Shown here: positions 12,046-25,215 of the stretch, one piece after another
How the letters are laid out: each line of letters begins with the position of its first letter
Numbering within the stretch: the first letter of the stretch is position 1
Assembly: GCF_006345805.1 (NCBI RefSeq)
Contig: NC_043001.1
Location: 118,172,001-118,236,000 of the forward strand
From: Octopus sinensis
Lineage: Eukaryota
Direction: 5' to 3'
Length of the DNA: 64,000 nucleotides
Notes under the pieces: generated by a model
The model's input: only the letters and a program-made list of their open reading frames with translations
What the model was told of the DNA's origin: nothing
The model's database searches: none
Translations under genes and position numbers: made by a program

Positions 12046-12276
12046 GTATGTATACGCACGCGCATACACATATACATGTATATCCACCCAGTCAGCTGGC
12101 AGATCCATTAGAGCCTGATGTGACGTATGTAAAACGTCAGGGAAGCGCAAATTGACTGGATAGATTCCAGATCGTGGTCTAAGGGAGATAATCCCTTGCA
12201 CTTTACTTTTCTTCGTCTGTGCATTCAAAAACCAGCCTCGGGACCTTTCCTCTTTCATGTTGAAAGAGAGGAAAAA

Positions 12277-12363
12277 GGCCACCGACCATTAGGGTCTAAC
12301 GAGATATATGTAAAGCGAAGCGCTTTATGGACGTGAAACCCTGGGTAAACCTACGAACCGGCC
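12277..12363 (+). ncRNA. Hammerhead-ribozyme-like motif HH2 (type I, G5->A core change), inverted homologue of HH1
   Basis: agggt CTAACGA ...taaagcg aag cgcttta... GAAA ccctggg TA aacct. Stem III is near-palindromic (ACCC T GGGT). The outer stem I is GGCC (12277-80) with GGCC (12360-63). Confidence 0.5.
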
Positions 12364-12499
12364 ATCACTATCTTTCTCTATATACTCTACTTTCTCTATA
12401 TACTCTTTCCGATTTATGATTTACTTACAATAAATATATATAGATAGATGAATATATCTAACTCAAATATTTTTACCTCTATTTAACCCTATCACATCA

Positions 12500-12545
12500 T
12501 CTCCGATGAAGGGATATCCATAATATCCCAGTAACAGCTGTAAGA
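12500..12545 (+). ncRNA. Minimal hammerhead-like motif HH3 (degenerate)
   Basis: tct CCGATGA a gggatat ccata atatccc a GTAA cagctg TA aga. It has a 7-bp stem II, a palindromic stem III (ACAGCTGT) and a 3-bp stem I. Core deviations are U4C and A13U. Confidence 0.45.
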
Positions 12546-12636
12546 CTATATCTATATCTTTTTCCTTATAAATGTCCTGAAAACTCACAGCCTTGGCTTT
12601 GTTATATCATTTTGTCTAATATATACACACACCTAT

Positions 12637-12669
<33 letters not shown>

Positions 12670-12950
12670 GTAAAACGCACCATTCAAGCATGGTCATTGC
12701 CAGTACCGCCTGACTGGCTCTGACTCCCATGCTGGTGGGATGTAAAAAGCACCATTCTCGCATGGTCGATGCCAATACTACTTGACTGGCCCTAGTGCCA
12801 GTGGCACGTAAAAAGCACCCACTAGATCTCAGAGTGGTTGGCATTAGGAAGGGCATCCAGCTGTAGAAACTTTGCCAAATCAGATTGGAGCCTGATGCAG
12901 CCTTCTGGCTTGCCAGCATGGAAAGTAGACATTAAACAACGATGATGATG
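12670..12950 (+). mobile_element. RTE LINE 3' UTR/tail fragment
   Basis: ggaagggcatccagctgtagaaactttgccaaatcagattggagcc...gatgatgatg, same tail as the RTE copies at 3272 and 5453. It follows a (TA)n tract. Confidence 0.8.
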
Positions 12951-13144
12951 TTCTACAAGATTTCTAGCACTCTCCTCACCAGGATAGCTTAGAGAAGTTG
13001 CTGATTTAGTCACCAACGACCCAACCATATAACAGGTTGTACTAGATTACATATTACCAATAGCATTTATATACATGTACCTACATACATTTGTATCTCT
13101 GTGTGTGAACTGGATGGAAATATATATATATATATATATAATGC

Positions 13145-13450
13145 TCTTACAACTACTCTACTTTGCATTTGTTGATCTGGGACCTTTGACAAGGTACCAT
13201 ACTCTGTAATTTGTTAGGCACTAAGGAACTAGGCTTACATGAACTGCTTGTAAGAAGTAAGTGATAAATGGGTTAACAAGGAGTTTTGAGTTATGTAGTG
13301 AGTCCAGGAATGAATGTAATGTACAGGTCAGTGTTCTTAGTACTCAATCAAGCTCTTTGTTATAGTTCCTGAGACAAACATTAAGTGGTTGTCATTGGTG
13401 AGTTTTGTATGTTGGTGATATGATTTTCATTGCAGAATCTGATGAAGTGA
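13145..13450 (+). mobile_element. Old RTE RT fragment
   Basis: Decayed LYFAFVDL..FDKVP.SVI..AL..LG and a later YVGDMIFIAES that resembles the YADD motif. Confidence 0.5.
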
Positions 13451-13489
13451 TTCCAAATCAAGAAGCACACTCAAATACCATTCTTTTTT

Positions 13490-13800
13490 AAAGTTAATTA
13501 GAGGATGAGAAGTGGTACCTCTAAGCACCTCCCAAATTTGTGACAATCAGTTTAAATATCTGTAATTGAAACGTAGCCCGTGAGACGATTCCAGAAGGTA
13601 TCAGTGGATAAGAGTGATTGAGCAAAGTGCTTAATGCAGGACCTGGAAGGTGAAACAGTTAGAATGACAAGAAGAGAGTGTTGGGTGACCCTGGGTGAAA
13701 ATAAATGCAGCTAGGTAGTTCACATGATCAGAAATTACTCTTGTAGTGTGGAAGCAGCAGAGTATACAAACAATATAACTATGAGCAAATTGTCATCACA
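13490..13800 (-). mobile_element. Possible very decayed CR1/L2-type LINE 3' end
   Basis: Minus-strand HFAQSLLSTDTFWNRL resembles the SFFPRT..WNSL C-terminal motif seen at 39800-39900. The match is weak. Confidence 0.3.
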
Positions 13801-16800
13801 GAATTTGGTAAATGAATTTTTATCAATCAACCAATTGAATTTTGAATGTGATCTATGTCTTCATATATAACAGCAGTACCATCTCCACCTAAACTGAAGG
13901 TGATAATACTGAAGATCGAAGTGCAAATTCGTAGCAGGGAGCACAATACCCCAGTACTATAAGTTGATATATGTAAGAAGAGAATTTGTAGAAACTTCAT
14001 GTAATATACTCAATACAAAACTGATACATAAAAGCTAGACACGTCTCTGGCAGGCCAGTGAAGAAGCAGGATTTCAAATGTGATATATATGCAGTAATTA
14101 TATCACCAGGAGCTCACTAGACATAGACGGTTTAATAAAAAGTTACTAAAGTTCAGCACACTATAGTAATTAAAGTAAATTATTTGCTCTGGATGGTGAA
14201 TTACTGTTGTTAAAGGGAAAAAAATGCTGCTCCAATGATTTTTCTTTTAAAGATGGTCCTCAAGTATTGCTGTAAGGAGAAACTGAGAATGTAATGTATA
14301 CCTGAAGAAGATAACAGTAGGAATCACTAGAATGGAGCATGGAGGTCTCAAGTGTTGGGAATATTAGATTGATTTAGGATCTCACCTCAGCAAGAGTGAA
14401 CATTGAAATCTATGAGCTAAAGTTAGTAGCCAGAGATTCCCATACAATCGCCTTTGGAGATAAGAGAGTCTCTCCATATATTCATTTACTTCAGAGATGT
14501 CTTCAGTATACTGTTACACATTGAAACACTCCATCTTTGACACTACCAAAATTCTTAGCATCCATCACAATGTTATCCTGAAGTATCTTACTAGACATCA
14601 TATTCTTACATTCCTTCTTTCCAGAAAACTGGTCAGTTACTTCTTGCTGAAAAGGGAATGATGATAAATTATTTTTAAAATCATACTGATATAAGTTGGA
14701 ATACCGTGAATGAAGGAAGTATACGCTTGCCGTTTCCTACAAAATAAATGTTTATTCCAGCTCAACATGGAGTTCGAGTGTATCTGCCTACTACTTTTCC
14801 GCCCCCACTCTAATCTGACTTCTTTGTATTTTCTTACAGCAATGTATCTTTGCTCCATTCACACATTTTCAGTAGCATCTGTTCAGTAAGTTACCATTTC
14901 AGATGGAGACTTAGTTTTTCACATTATTGTCTAATGTCTAGTGAAGAAACAGCCAATCTCTACTACTGATGACTGATATATACTCTTCTTCCTAATTGAA
15001 CTTTATTGTAATTTTAAGGAATGCACAGCCAAACAGTTTTATTAATATAGCATAGTTTTTATCTAGTAATTACTTTAGAATATTGTATTCATTTGTCTGA
15101 TGAAACAGACAGCAATCAAGTAGATCTAGTATCAGACTCTCAGCTCATAAGATATTGGTTCATATTGCATCATATGCATAGATCAAATAGATTTTAATAG
15201 AAATACTGCAAGAGAGAGAGAGACCAAATGTGAAATTCCAAATTAGGTTAAAATCTATTGACAAGGGCATCCAGCCATAGAAACCATACCAAAACAGGCA
15301 ATTGGAGCCTGGTGTGCAGGTCTTCAGTTTGCCAACACGGAAAACAGATAATGATGAGATTGTTTACTACTTTGGATTGTAATTTGCAAGAGATCTTCCA
15401 GTATTCAGGTTTATGTATGTGCACACTTTGAAGATTCATAGGCAAATCATTTTCTACTGAACACTGACATTATAAAAATAACAATGAAATGGTACTGGTT
15501 TCCAACTAACCAACAGAGTGACATATCTGTATCAGCAATATCAGAGGCATAATTTCAACTCATAACTATTTGTTTATCAACGACCATGCCATATGAAATA
15601 TCAATGCAAGGCATGAGTATTAGTTCATACACTTTATTTAGAAAGGTACAGAATGTTCAAAAATGAAAATAAGGTATTTTATTAATTAAAAAAATTAAAA
15701 TATAATCCAAAAACATTAATTCAAATATTGGCAAAGAAAAAAAAAGGACATTAAACTTAAAAGCAACTCAAGATCAAAGTTCAATGCAAAAAATATATCA
15801 TAGGACAGACAGCATATTTGATTATTTGAAGACATATGGATTTTAAATTTTGGCCCAAGGTCAGCAATTTAGGGAGAGGGAGTAAGTCAGTTACATCGAC
15901 ACTAGTGTTCAACTGGTACTTATTATATTGACCCCAGCAGAAATTTGAAGACATAATATGGAACAACATACTGCTGGGTATCTTAAAACAATTTGGTGTG
16001 GGAGGGGGCAATTTTTCATGATTGGTATGAAGTATATAAAATGGCTATGATAGCCCTGTAGTATAGCAAAACTTTAACACTGAACACTTGTAGCACAGCA
16101 GCAAAGTTGTAACAGCAAAGGAAAACAAAAAATATTCTTTTTTGATGAAAATAATCAATTGTGCCACCCATCCTATGATATATGATGTTAACAGTAAAAA
16201 AAAGTGTGAGGACAAAATAACATTTTCTAAAATAACTTGGTAACTCTTTAACTACAAAGAATATATCACAATAGTAGTATTTGAGTTTGATTATATTATT
16301 ACAAAAACTGAACCAACAAATGACTAATTCAACATACATCTTTAATTTTCTTTTTCACTCATAACCATATATATATACGCACATATAACCATCCATTCAT
16401 GTACATGCACACACAATAATATACAAAGGAATATAAAAATATGCACTATTGTTCATAATTACAAGGTGAGCAGATTAGAGCAAATAATGAGCAGGTGACT
16501 TCATTAAGGCAATTAGAAACAGCATGAACAGTAGAACACCACATGAAGTCCAACTTAGGTCCTTGTGTTGAAGTAATTTATTAGTTTTGAATTTTTAAGC
16601 TGTTTTGATGGTTATTTATAGATTGTAGCAGAAAAACGTTGCTTTATTCTTGAATTCACTGGAAACCAAGAAAGTATTCAAGCATGATAATTTTGATTTT
16701 CTTCAACCAAACACCTAAATGAGACATCGTTACAGAAAAGATTTGTAATAAATCTCTACTTGTAGGTAAAGATACGGCCCTTTGGTTCACTGTGCATTGT

Positions 16801-19800
16801 GTTAATACTTTAAGAAATGTCTTTACTGCAACCTGTGCGGTTGATCATTGCCCTGTGAGTGGATCTTACTATATAGAAACTATGTGGAAGCCCAATACAT
16901 GTATGTGTGTGTGTTGATGGTGTTGCAACCCTTTATGTCAAAAGGTAACTCAGCAATTCAATAAAATAAGCATATGGCTGAAAAACTGAAACTAGTAATA
17001 AAGTAAAAGAATATTTAAACTCATCAGCTTCTACCACCACCACCATGAGGATGCATTGTGTACCTTTATTTTCGATTTACTGAGTAAGTCTGTGAATAAA
17101 TGTGATTCAATAATACTAGTGGTGTGTCATGTTCATCATCAAAATGCTTGCTGTTGCCAATTGTAAGTCTGAAGTCACAAATCACAAGCCAAGTATCTTA
17201 CTCCTCTCAAGTCATTTCACTATTGAAATTTAAACTGATAGTTAACCATTTACATATTAACCGTTTATTGTGGAAGAAAAGGGAAATGAACAAAAGAAGC
17301 CTATGAGTGTATTAACTCTTCTGAATTTAAATTTGCTGACAGAATTGTCAACAGTGCAATAATAAACATTAAAAAAAAATTTGAATCAATATATTACAAA
17401 GATGCATGCAATTATTTAGTTAATTTCAGTTTACAAATGAATAAGAAATTAGTAGCAATAATGAAAGAAAAAAAATTAAATTTTAACATTGGTAATTTAA
17501 AAACTTCAGCCCCACATAGGTCTGGTTTCCATGTTTTAGTCATGTTGTCGGACAAAGTAACACTTTGGCCATTAATAAAAATTATACACTCAAAATATAA
17601 AGAAGGAGAAAAGCTATGAAAGGAAAAACACAAAAGCAAAAAGAAATAAAAGATTTGTATTTTAATCTCAAAAATATGATATCTGGTTTATTCACACTGA
17701 GCTGAATATGAGAGAAAAAAAGTTCAAGAGATCAATAAGTGTAGAAAATATTAAACACTTAAAAAAACAGATTGAAAAATTTGAAAAAAGAAATAAAAAT
17801 GTAGATGAAAATAAAATGTATGTATGTATATGTAAAAAGTAAAATTAGAAAAGAACCAGAAATGGTAATAAAGTACAAATGGTTTGAAAAATTAAAGTGG
17901 TAACCATAAAACAAAATAGAAAAGTAAAAAATATTCAGATGTTTGGCCAATAAGTTTTTAAAATAAACTGTAAATAAATAAATTGCAAAATACCCCCGAC
18001 AATCTCAATGAGAATAACAATGGCAAAATTTTTAACATCAATGGTAAAAACATTAGCAAAGATCCTCAGGTAATAATAAATACAAACATCCCCTGCATTA
18101 TAGAAGTGCGTACTCCAATATTTTGCTGTTAGCATGAAATAAATTTTCAAATGACTTTGCTTTCAGAGTAACATGGAAGTCTATGGCAAAATAGGTTTCA
18201 TGTTACAGAACACCAAATTAGTGAGATTTCCAGGAACACGACACTTCTATAATGTAGAGGAAGGCTGCCTGTATATATTTGTATGCATGTGTACGTGTGG
18301 TTATGTATGAGCCATAACTTGGTTCATACAGCCACTACAAAACCACTAATCTTTTGAGCAGTGCATCTAAAGCAAGCCAACTTGACAGAACCCATTCCAT
18401 TTCCAACAGGTCATTCCCATACAGTGTACAGTGTTTACAGAGTATACTGTAACTGTACATTTTGTGTGTGTGTATACACACACACACACACAATGAGTAT
18501 GGCATATTTGAAACTTAAGTGTATTAGGTTATAGAAATTGCAGCTCACTAGTAATGTGATATAACCTGTAACCCTTTCATTTGCAATGTGAATCTATCAA
18601 CTTGTGTACTTACACACATTAGCACAAAATTAAAAATTGTTCAAAGTGCTGAGGAAATAATCCACCTCCCACCCTCCAAAGACCTATCCCCACTTATAAT
18701 TCTTCACTCGTGATAGAGGGAGCAGTAAAATATCCCCATCATACAATTGTATGACACATACCCAACTCAAAATATTAAATTCTCAAAATTTACAAAATAA
18801 TGTATAAATAAATGTGCTGTGAAGGTAAACAGGTGATTTTCCAACTGAACCAAGGAAGCTACATCTCCATTGGTCTTTCTTTACATTGTTGATACTATCT
18901 GTTAGTTGACACTAACCAGTCTGTCAATCCACTAACCTGGACTGGTACTTTATTAATACTAAAAGTACAAAGAGCAAAGTTGACAGATAGATTTGAAGTC
19001 AACAGAGAGTTATAATAAATACCAGAAGGCAATGTTCTAATGACCCTACCATTTCACTTACTGTGAAGATAGTAAAACTAAAAACATTTTATCACATAAC
19101 ACTGGGAAATCATACAGATAGTAATAAATTCTAGTTACTGTAGTGCTAACTGGATTTGACAAATCTTTACCCATACTCTAGACAAAATATTTTGTTTTGT
19201 ATGACTTTCCCTGATTACCCAACAGCTAGGTGAACTGAAGCAGTGTAGAATAAGGTGTCTTGTCCCAAACACTATGAAAGATTTGCAGCAGATTTTAACT
19301 CACAAACTATAGGGAAGTAATCCAATACTTTATCTACTTAGCAATTTCACCTCTCTGCTAGCATTTGAAGTTAAGAAAAAAAGATTTTAAAAAAAGCAAA
19401 AAGACACCTTAATCTGAACAAAATATCTTTCTTTATACTTTTTTTTCTTAACTGTTTCATATCAATAGAGACTGAGTATCTACATATTTAATGAGAATTA
19501 TCATAATTACCATAATTAAAGAACAACAAAACCATAACAAACAAAAAAATAGTAGTAGGGAACTGTAAATTAGAAATCAAATGAATGCCATCAAAATGTA
19601 GTGAGGAAAAAAAAAAAAAAAACATTATTTCAGTGATTAATATTATTCTAATGTCAATAAGAATCTTTTATTAGGTATGAAGCGATAGTAATGCGCAGGA
19701 AGAGATGCTGAGGTGTTCAAAACTGAACGCCATGCAATGGAAACACATTTCCTTCTGGAAGACAATCAGTTGAATATATATGAGAGAAGAACCTAGCAGA

Positions 19801-21443
19801 ACTTGAAATGAGTAGAGCAAGCCAAGGCGGCAGTATTGCAGCCTATTATAGCAGTGAACTACATTTACCTACATACCCACTTAGCATTAGATGAATTTGG
19901 TCATCAAGTGTTAATTGTATGTTGGTTATGAACGCAACACAGGTGAAAGGTCATGACCCACAACTCTTCTGGCAAGTTGTCCATTAACTCTGCCTTTCAA
20001 TGCTTTCTAATTATAATACAAGAAGAAGGACAGATTGAACATTGTATTTACTAAAGCTCAACCAAAATGAAAAAGAAAAAGCCTAATTAAAGCCTGTAAC
20101 CTACATATAGTTATATAGCTGATATATTTTTAGTTTTTTTCACACACACGTTTATTATTAACTTTGCAAGATTCTTAATGTGAAATTGTGTATTGAAAGA
20201 AATATTGTTATGTTTGGGGATAGTCATCTTTTCCCAATAAAAACACTATATACTTGACCACATATGATGAAAGAAACTAATAATAATGATAATAAAGTTA
20301 AAGTGAAGATCAAATATATAATGCAGGTGTTTTATTGGCAAAAGATGAACATCCACAAATATAACAATATATATATATGTACAAATATACAGAGAGACAG
20401 ACAGACAGATAGATATCTTTAACAGACTGAAATGTGTGTGAGACTAAATTTGCCCTCCTGAATGCTGCCATAAATTTAATTATTATGACCATTTTTTTTT
20501 TTTTTACTGATATACAGTAACAAACATTTATTATACATGAAAACAATGCAAAGGGAAGCAGAATTTCACAATGAAGATGGTATATTATATCCCTAATACA
20601 ATATACCAATTCTAAAAGTTTAAACCAACCCTTACTTATATAAGCAAACCCCATTCTATTTCTGAAAATAATCTGAATTTTCACCAGCCATTGTTTTAAG
20701 CCTCTTAAAATTTCGATTTTTCAGTGCAATATTAACTGTTTACTTCCAACTTTAATTGTGAACTGTAGACTGTGTCACTAAGTAATTTTTAGGAAATTAG
20801 GATGGTATATTTAACAAAGCAATTCTTGTTGGCATAAAACCAGATGATTTCCTTTCAGGTTGATGTTAATCGAGTGCCCAAAATAATGTACGTAAAACAA
20901 TAAAAGACAAGATAGAAATTTACAAATTCCACATTTCAATAAAAAAAGAAAAAAAAGTAGCTAATGAACTCATCAATAATCTAAAAATAAAATACAACTA
21001 ATTGGTCAAGAGAAAGAAAAGAAACTAAAAAATAAGGAAAATATTTTTGTAACAGTGTTCCCATTAACATTTTTAGTAACACACAGCTACTCCATTGCAA
21101 AAAATATTTTTATCCTTTCTACAGATTGGTCACTATCCCTACTATAGCTTTAAAAGTCAGTTCTGACAATTATCATTTTATTATGGTAAACACTGTATAT
21201 ATGACTCATGAAACAATTTCTACAATTTAAAAATTTATTACATATTAATAGTTTTACTCTATATTTTGACATCCACCCTTACAGTACTCTGAGGTTTCCT
21301 AATTAGAGAAACAGAACATGAATTGAAAAATAACCATAAAATAATTTTAAAAAATAAATACAAATAGAAGTTTTAAAAATCTGTAGAACACTATGATTTA
21401 ATTGGGTACAATTGAAGCTGAAACTTCAAGAGTATTTAAGTTG

Positions 21444-21490
<47 letters not shown>

Positions 21491-21827
21491 TGAAATGCAT
21501 ATTGAGATCATTGCAATCATTTCTTTTTTCTTTTTCTGCTACTTCTTACAAAATTAAAAAAGAAAATTTACAAAATGAAAATAGTAAAAAACTTTAAAGA
21601 AAATTCAAGTAAAAAATCTACATATAAAACAAATATAAATGAAATAACTGAATAACAGCAAAGATGCCTTTTTTTCTTTTTTTTTACAAAATATACAGTT
21701 ACGTCAACAGTTTACTTTTTTCTGATTCCTTTCCTGTTGTTATTGGTGCAGTTATTTTCAAAATTAGGAAGAAAATGAATTAAAAAAAAAAAAGAAAAAG
21801 AAACTCGAAGTTTGTATTTTTAATTTT

Positions 21828-21949
21828 CTACTCTTCCTCCTCCTCCTCCAACTGGCTCCAAGCTTCTTCAGCCAAAGCATAATAATGACAAGCCATTCTA
21901 CCATTCATTGCTTCTGTTGCCGCATCAGCTGCTTCAGTGTATAAGTCCC
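21828..21949 (-). CDS. EEF2K: eEF2 kinase, last coding exon (11/11)
   Basis: ttgtag|GG GAC...: (G)DLYTEAADAATEAMNGRMACHYYALAEEAWSQLEEEEEE*. Matches the eEF2K C-terminal helix. Confidence 0.93.
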
Positions 21950-22692
21950 CTACAAGTAGTAAGAAAGAGAACAGTGACAGGTAGAGTGATATTAAATATC
22001 AAAATAGTACATTCAAAGAGATTTAAAAAGGGGACAGAAACAAAAAAAAAAATGAATTAATGTGCATCTCATCATTTGCATCAGCTTACATTTGCTTTCT
22101 AAACTTGCGTGGGTTGGATGAATTATTACTTCTCTCCTATTTGGGACGAAAGGCTGTTTCTCACTTGAACATTTCATTTTGGCTTGATTTTTACAGCTGG
22201 ATGCCCTTTCTAATATCAACCACTTTGCTGAATACAAAGTGTGCATTTTATTATGGCACCAGCATCAGAGTGGTCATCATCTCTTCAACAAAACTTAAGG
22301 GTCCTCACAACCTCAATACTTTACATAGCGTACTGGGAGCCTTTTATCATGACAACATCACTGCTTACCAACCACTTTATGGAATAGGTTTGCAGAGCAT
22401 AAATATTAGTGAAGATACAGAAAATTTAAGGCAATATAAATAACCACAACTAAAAATGTCTGCAGATAAAATTCATCTTAAATACAAGCCTAAGGTATTT
22501 AGTGGAGAGGAAAGAGAGCATTGTGGTGTTAATGGTTTTGTTTTTTTTACAAAGGGTAGAGGAAAATTAAGATGAGACTTGATGTTCAATTCCCCATCTG
22601 AATTTAATATCAAGTTTCATACTTAACTCACTTGAGTCTACTCATACGCAACAATGTTGCTAATACTGTTAAATAGTGACAATATAAATTAC

Positions 22693-22871
22693 CTGCTTTC
22701 TGAGGGTCTTTCTCAACACCAAAACCTCCAATGTTGTAGATGTTTGCTTGTGCAGCAAGTAACAAATGCAAAGGGCTATGCATTGTAGAATCAAACATTT
22801 CAGAAGTATCATTCATTAAACTGTGGATGGCTTTATCATACCAGTCGATTGCTTTTTCCCATGACCTGGTC
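22693..22871 (-). CDS. EEF2K: eEF2 kinase exon 10/11 (SEL1-like region)
   Basis: gatag|G ACC AGG: TRSWEKAIDWYDKAI...GGFGVEKDPQKA G|gtaat. A second in-frame acceptor starts at 22865. Confidence 0.9.
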
Positions 22872-24365
22872 CTATCAACGAAAATTTCCAGCATAAAGAC
22901 AAAGGAAACACAAAAATAAACAAACACATAAAATTATTATAAATAAATGATTAAGATGTTTGCTTTGCATCTAAGTGGTTCTCAGTTTATCCCAGTGAGG
23001 CAGCTTGGACAAGCATAGTCTCAAGTTAATCAATACCCAGTGAACAATATATAATAATCAGAAACTGTGAAGCTCATCATTACACACAGAGATACAGATA
23101 TATCCTTCTTTCTTTCCTTAAACTTTCAACTCTTCATGGGAGTTGCAGAGGTGCTGTGATGATGCAATGTAAACTGGGCATTTTAAACCTGGTGGAACCT
23201 ATCTCTTTCCAAAATGTGTGCATGTATGTGTATATCTAAATTAGTGTGATGAACTATATTCAGACATTCAATAAATGGAGATTACTACAATAAGTGACAG
23301 TCTAAAATCAGTACTGACGTTCATAGGATCCACTTAAAACCTTTGAACACAGCAGTTTCCCACCATGGCCTTATTTGAATGATTGAAACCCATAAAAGGA
23401 ATAAAAGTATATAAATCAATATCATGTGATAAGCTCCACTCTGCACCCTACTCTACACACACACATTCAGGTACAAGTTGCTTGCTATTTTCTGTTTCTT
23501 TCACAACAGTGATCATTTAAAAACCTTTTTGTTTCTTTATCTTACTATTGTGTATTTCCAGATTTTATACTCACCATTATACCAATGGTAGCCAAACTGC
23601 ATCTTATGAGCTACATGCAGCAGTAAATGCTACAAAGTCTAACCCCACCGGAAACAGATTATTCAATGCAATATTCAGATTCCAACATGCAAGCACAATG
23701 TACTGAACTGTTTGAGAATCATATTGGAAAGATATTGCACAGCACCATGGATGTATGGCACTTTGATAGGTTTGCAATGCCTAGGGTACACTATGTCATG
23801 ACAGTATCTTACAGCTCTGTTAGGAGTTGAGAGCCCGACGGAAGGAAGAGTGTGTATGTGTGTAACATACCCTAGTCACACTAACATGAATATAACGGTT
23901 TTTTTTTAAGTAGTGACCATAAAATACAGTAGGTTACAGCATTCAATATGAAATAGAAAAGTATGAATGAGTCCAAATGAATGGGATTCTTTTGTTAGGT
24001 GTAAAGTTATGGAAGAAAAACACGGACAAGCAAGGAAAAGCAAAAATAGAAAAAAGAACAATGAGGCCCCATTAATGATAAATAAGAATGGGATGACATT
24101 TGTTGTAGTTATAAAGCAGAAAACAACTGCACAGATTTGTCTGTAGATCAGGACTGCCTACTTCCTTGTATAATAGGATAGAATAGAAGGAATTTACCAA
24201 AGGAATCTGACAATGATTGCTTAGATTAAAAAACCAAGTTATGAGTCTGACCCCTTCATCATTTAGCCATATCATCTCTCTGGGGGTAATATGGAAAAAT
24301 TTTCTCAAATCTCCTTTCCAAAAATGTTAATTTTTGCTTTTATTGAACAGAAATAATTCTCTGAC

Positions 24366-24481
24366 CTGTAAGATCCCAGATTATTTCCAGTCTCGTAAGC
24401 TTTTGCCATGTACAATACAGCATCACGATCTCCTCTTTCAGCAGCATTGCTCATATAATCAACACCTTTGTCTAAGTCAAC
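24366..24481 (-). CDS. EEF2K: eEF2 kinase exon 9/11
   Basis: tttcag|VDLDKGVDYMSNAAERGDRDAVLYMAKAYETGNNLGSY AG|gtcag. Confidence 0.92.
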
Positions 24482-25023
24482 CTGAAAGGACAGAAAAAGC
24501 ATATAATGTATCTCTTTGCTTTATGGTGTTTCCTAATTTATACAAGTAACAGAGCAAGATAAAAAAAAGAAAAACAATTATAAATTTTTTTAGAGCCATT
24601 GCTGTTAGCATCAGTTTGCTGACATTATTCAACTTAAAATAAGAAAAGATCATTTTGTTGATCTAAAGTTAAGAACTATAGTGCATACAAGGAATTATAG
24701 ATTATATACATTTCTAACTCTGCTGAAGAAAAGTTGTAGTAACATACCAAAGAAGTGATTAGAGAAATTCCTTAAACATATGAAGGGATACCCAAAAATA
24801 ACCAGAAACATTCCATATACATATACACACACACACACACATACACACACACGCATACACACACACACACATACACACACACACATATACACACACACAT
24901 ACACACACGCATATACACACACGCACACACATATACACACACACACATATATAAGTACTTTTTGGCAATAAAATATTGCCAATTATGAAATTTGTCTAAA
25001 CAAAAAGAAAAAAGGTTACTTAC

Positions 25024-25215
25024 ACCCATAGGACAGTCGACTAAAATATCCCTCTGGAGACCAAGGTAGATTCTGGCCAAAGAGGAAATAGCGTCCAGAT
25101 TGCCCAATTGTGCTGCATGTCCTTCATGATACATAGCAGACTCCCAGTCAACTGGAGAATTAGCATCTTTCTTAAATCTTCCCAGTTCATAGTATTTAGC
25201 AATTTCATGGTGAAT
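25024..25215 (-). CDS. EEF2K: eEF2 kinase exon 8/11
   Basis: tttcag|IHHEIAKYYELGRF...SAMYHEGHAAQLGNLDAISSLARIYLGLQRDILVDCPMG|gtaagt. Confidence 0.92.

Noticed and set aside
12110-12150. cctgatgtgacgt...acgtcaggg as another hammerhead
   Set aside because: A9 and GAAA are both missing. It is only a short hairpin.
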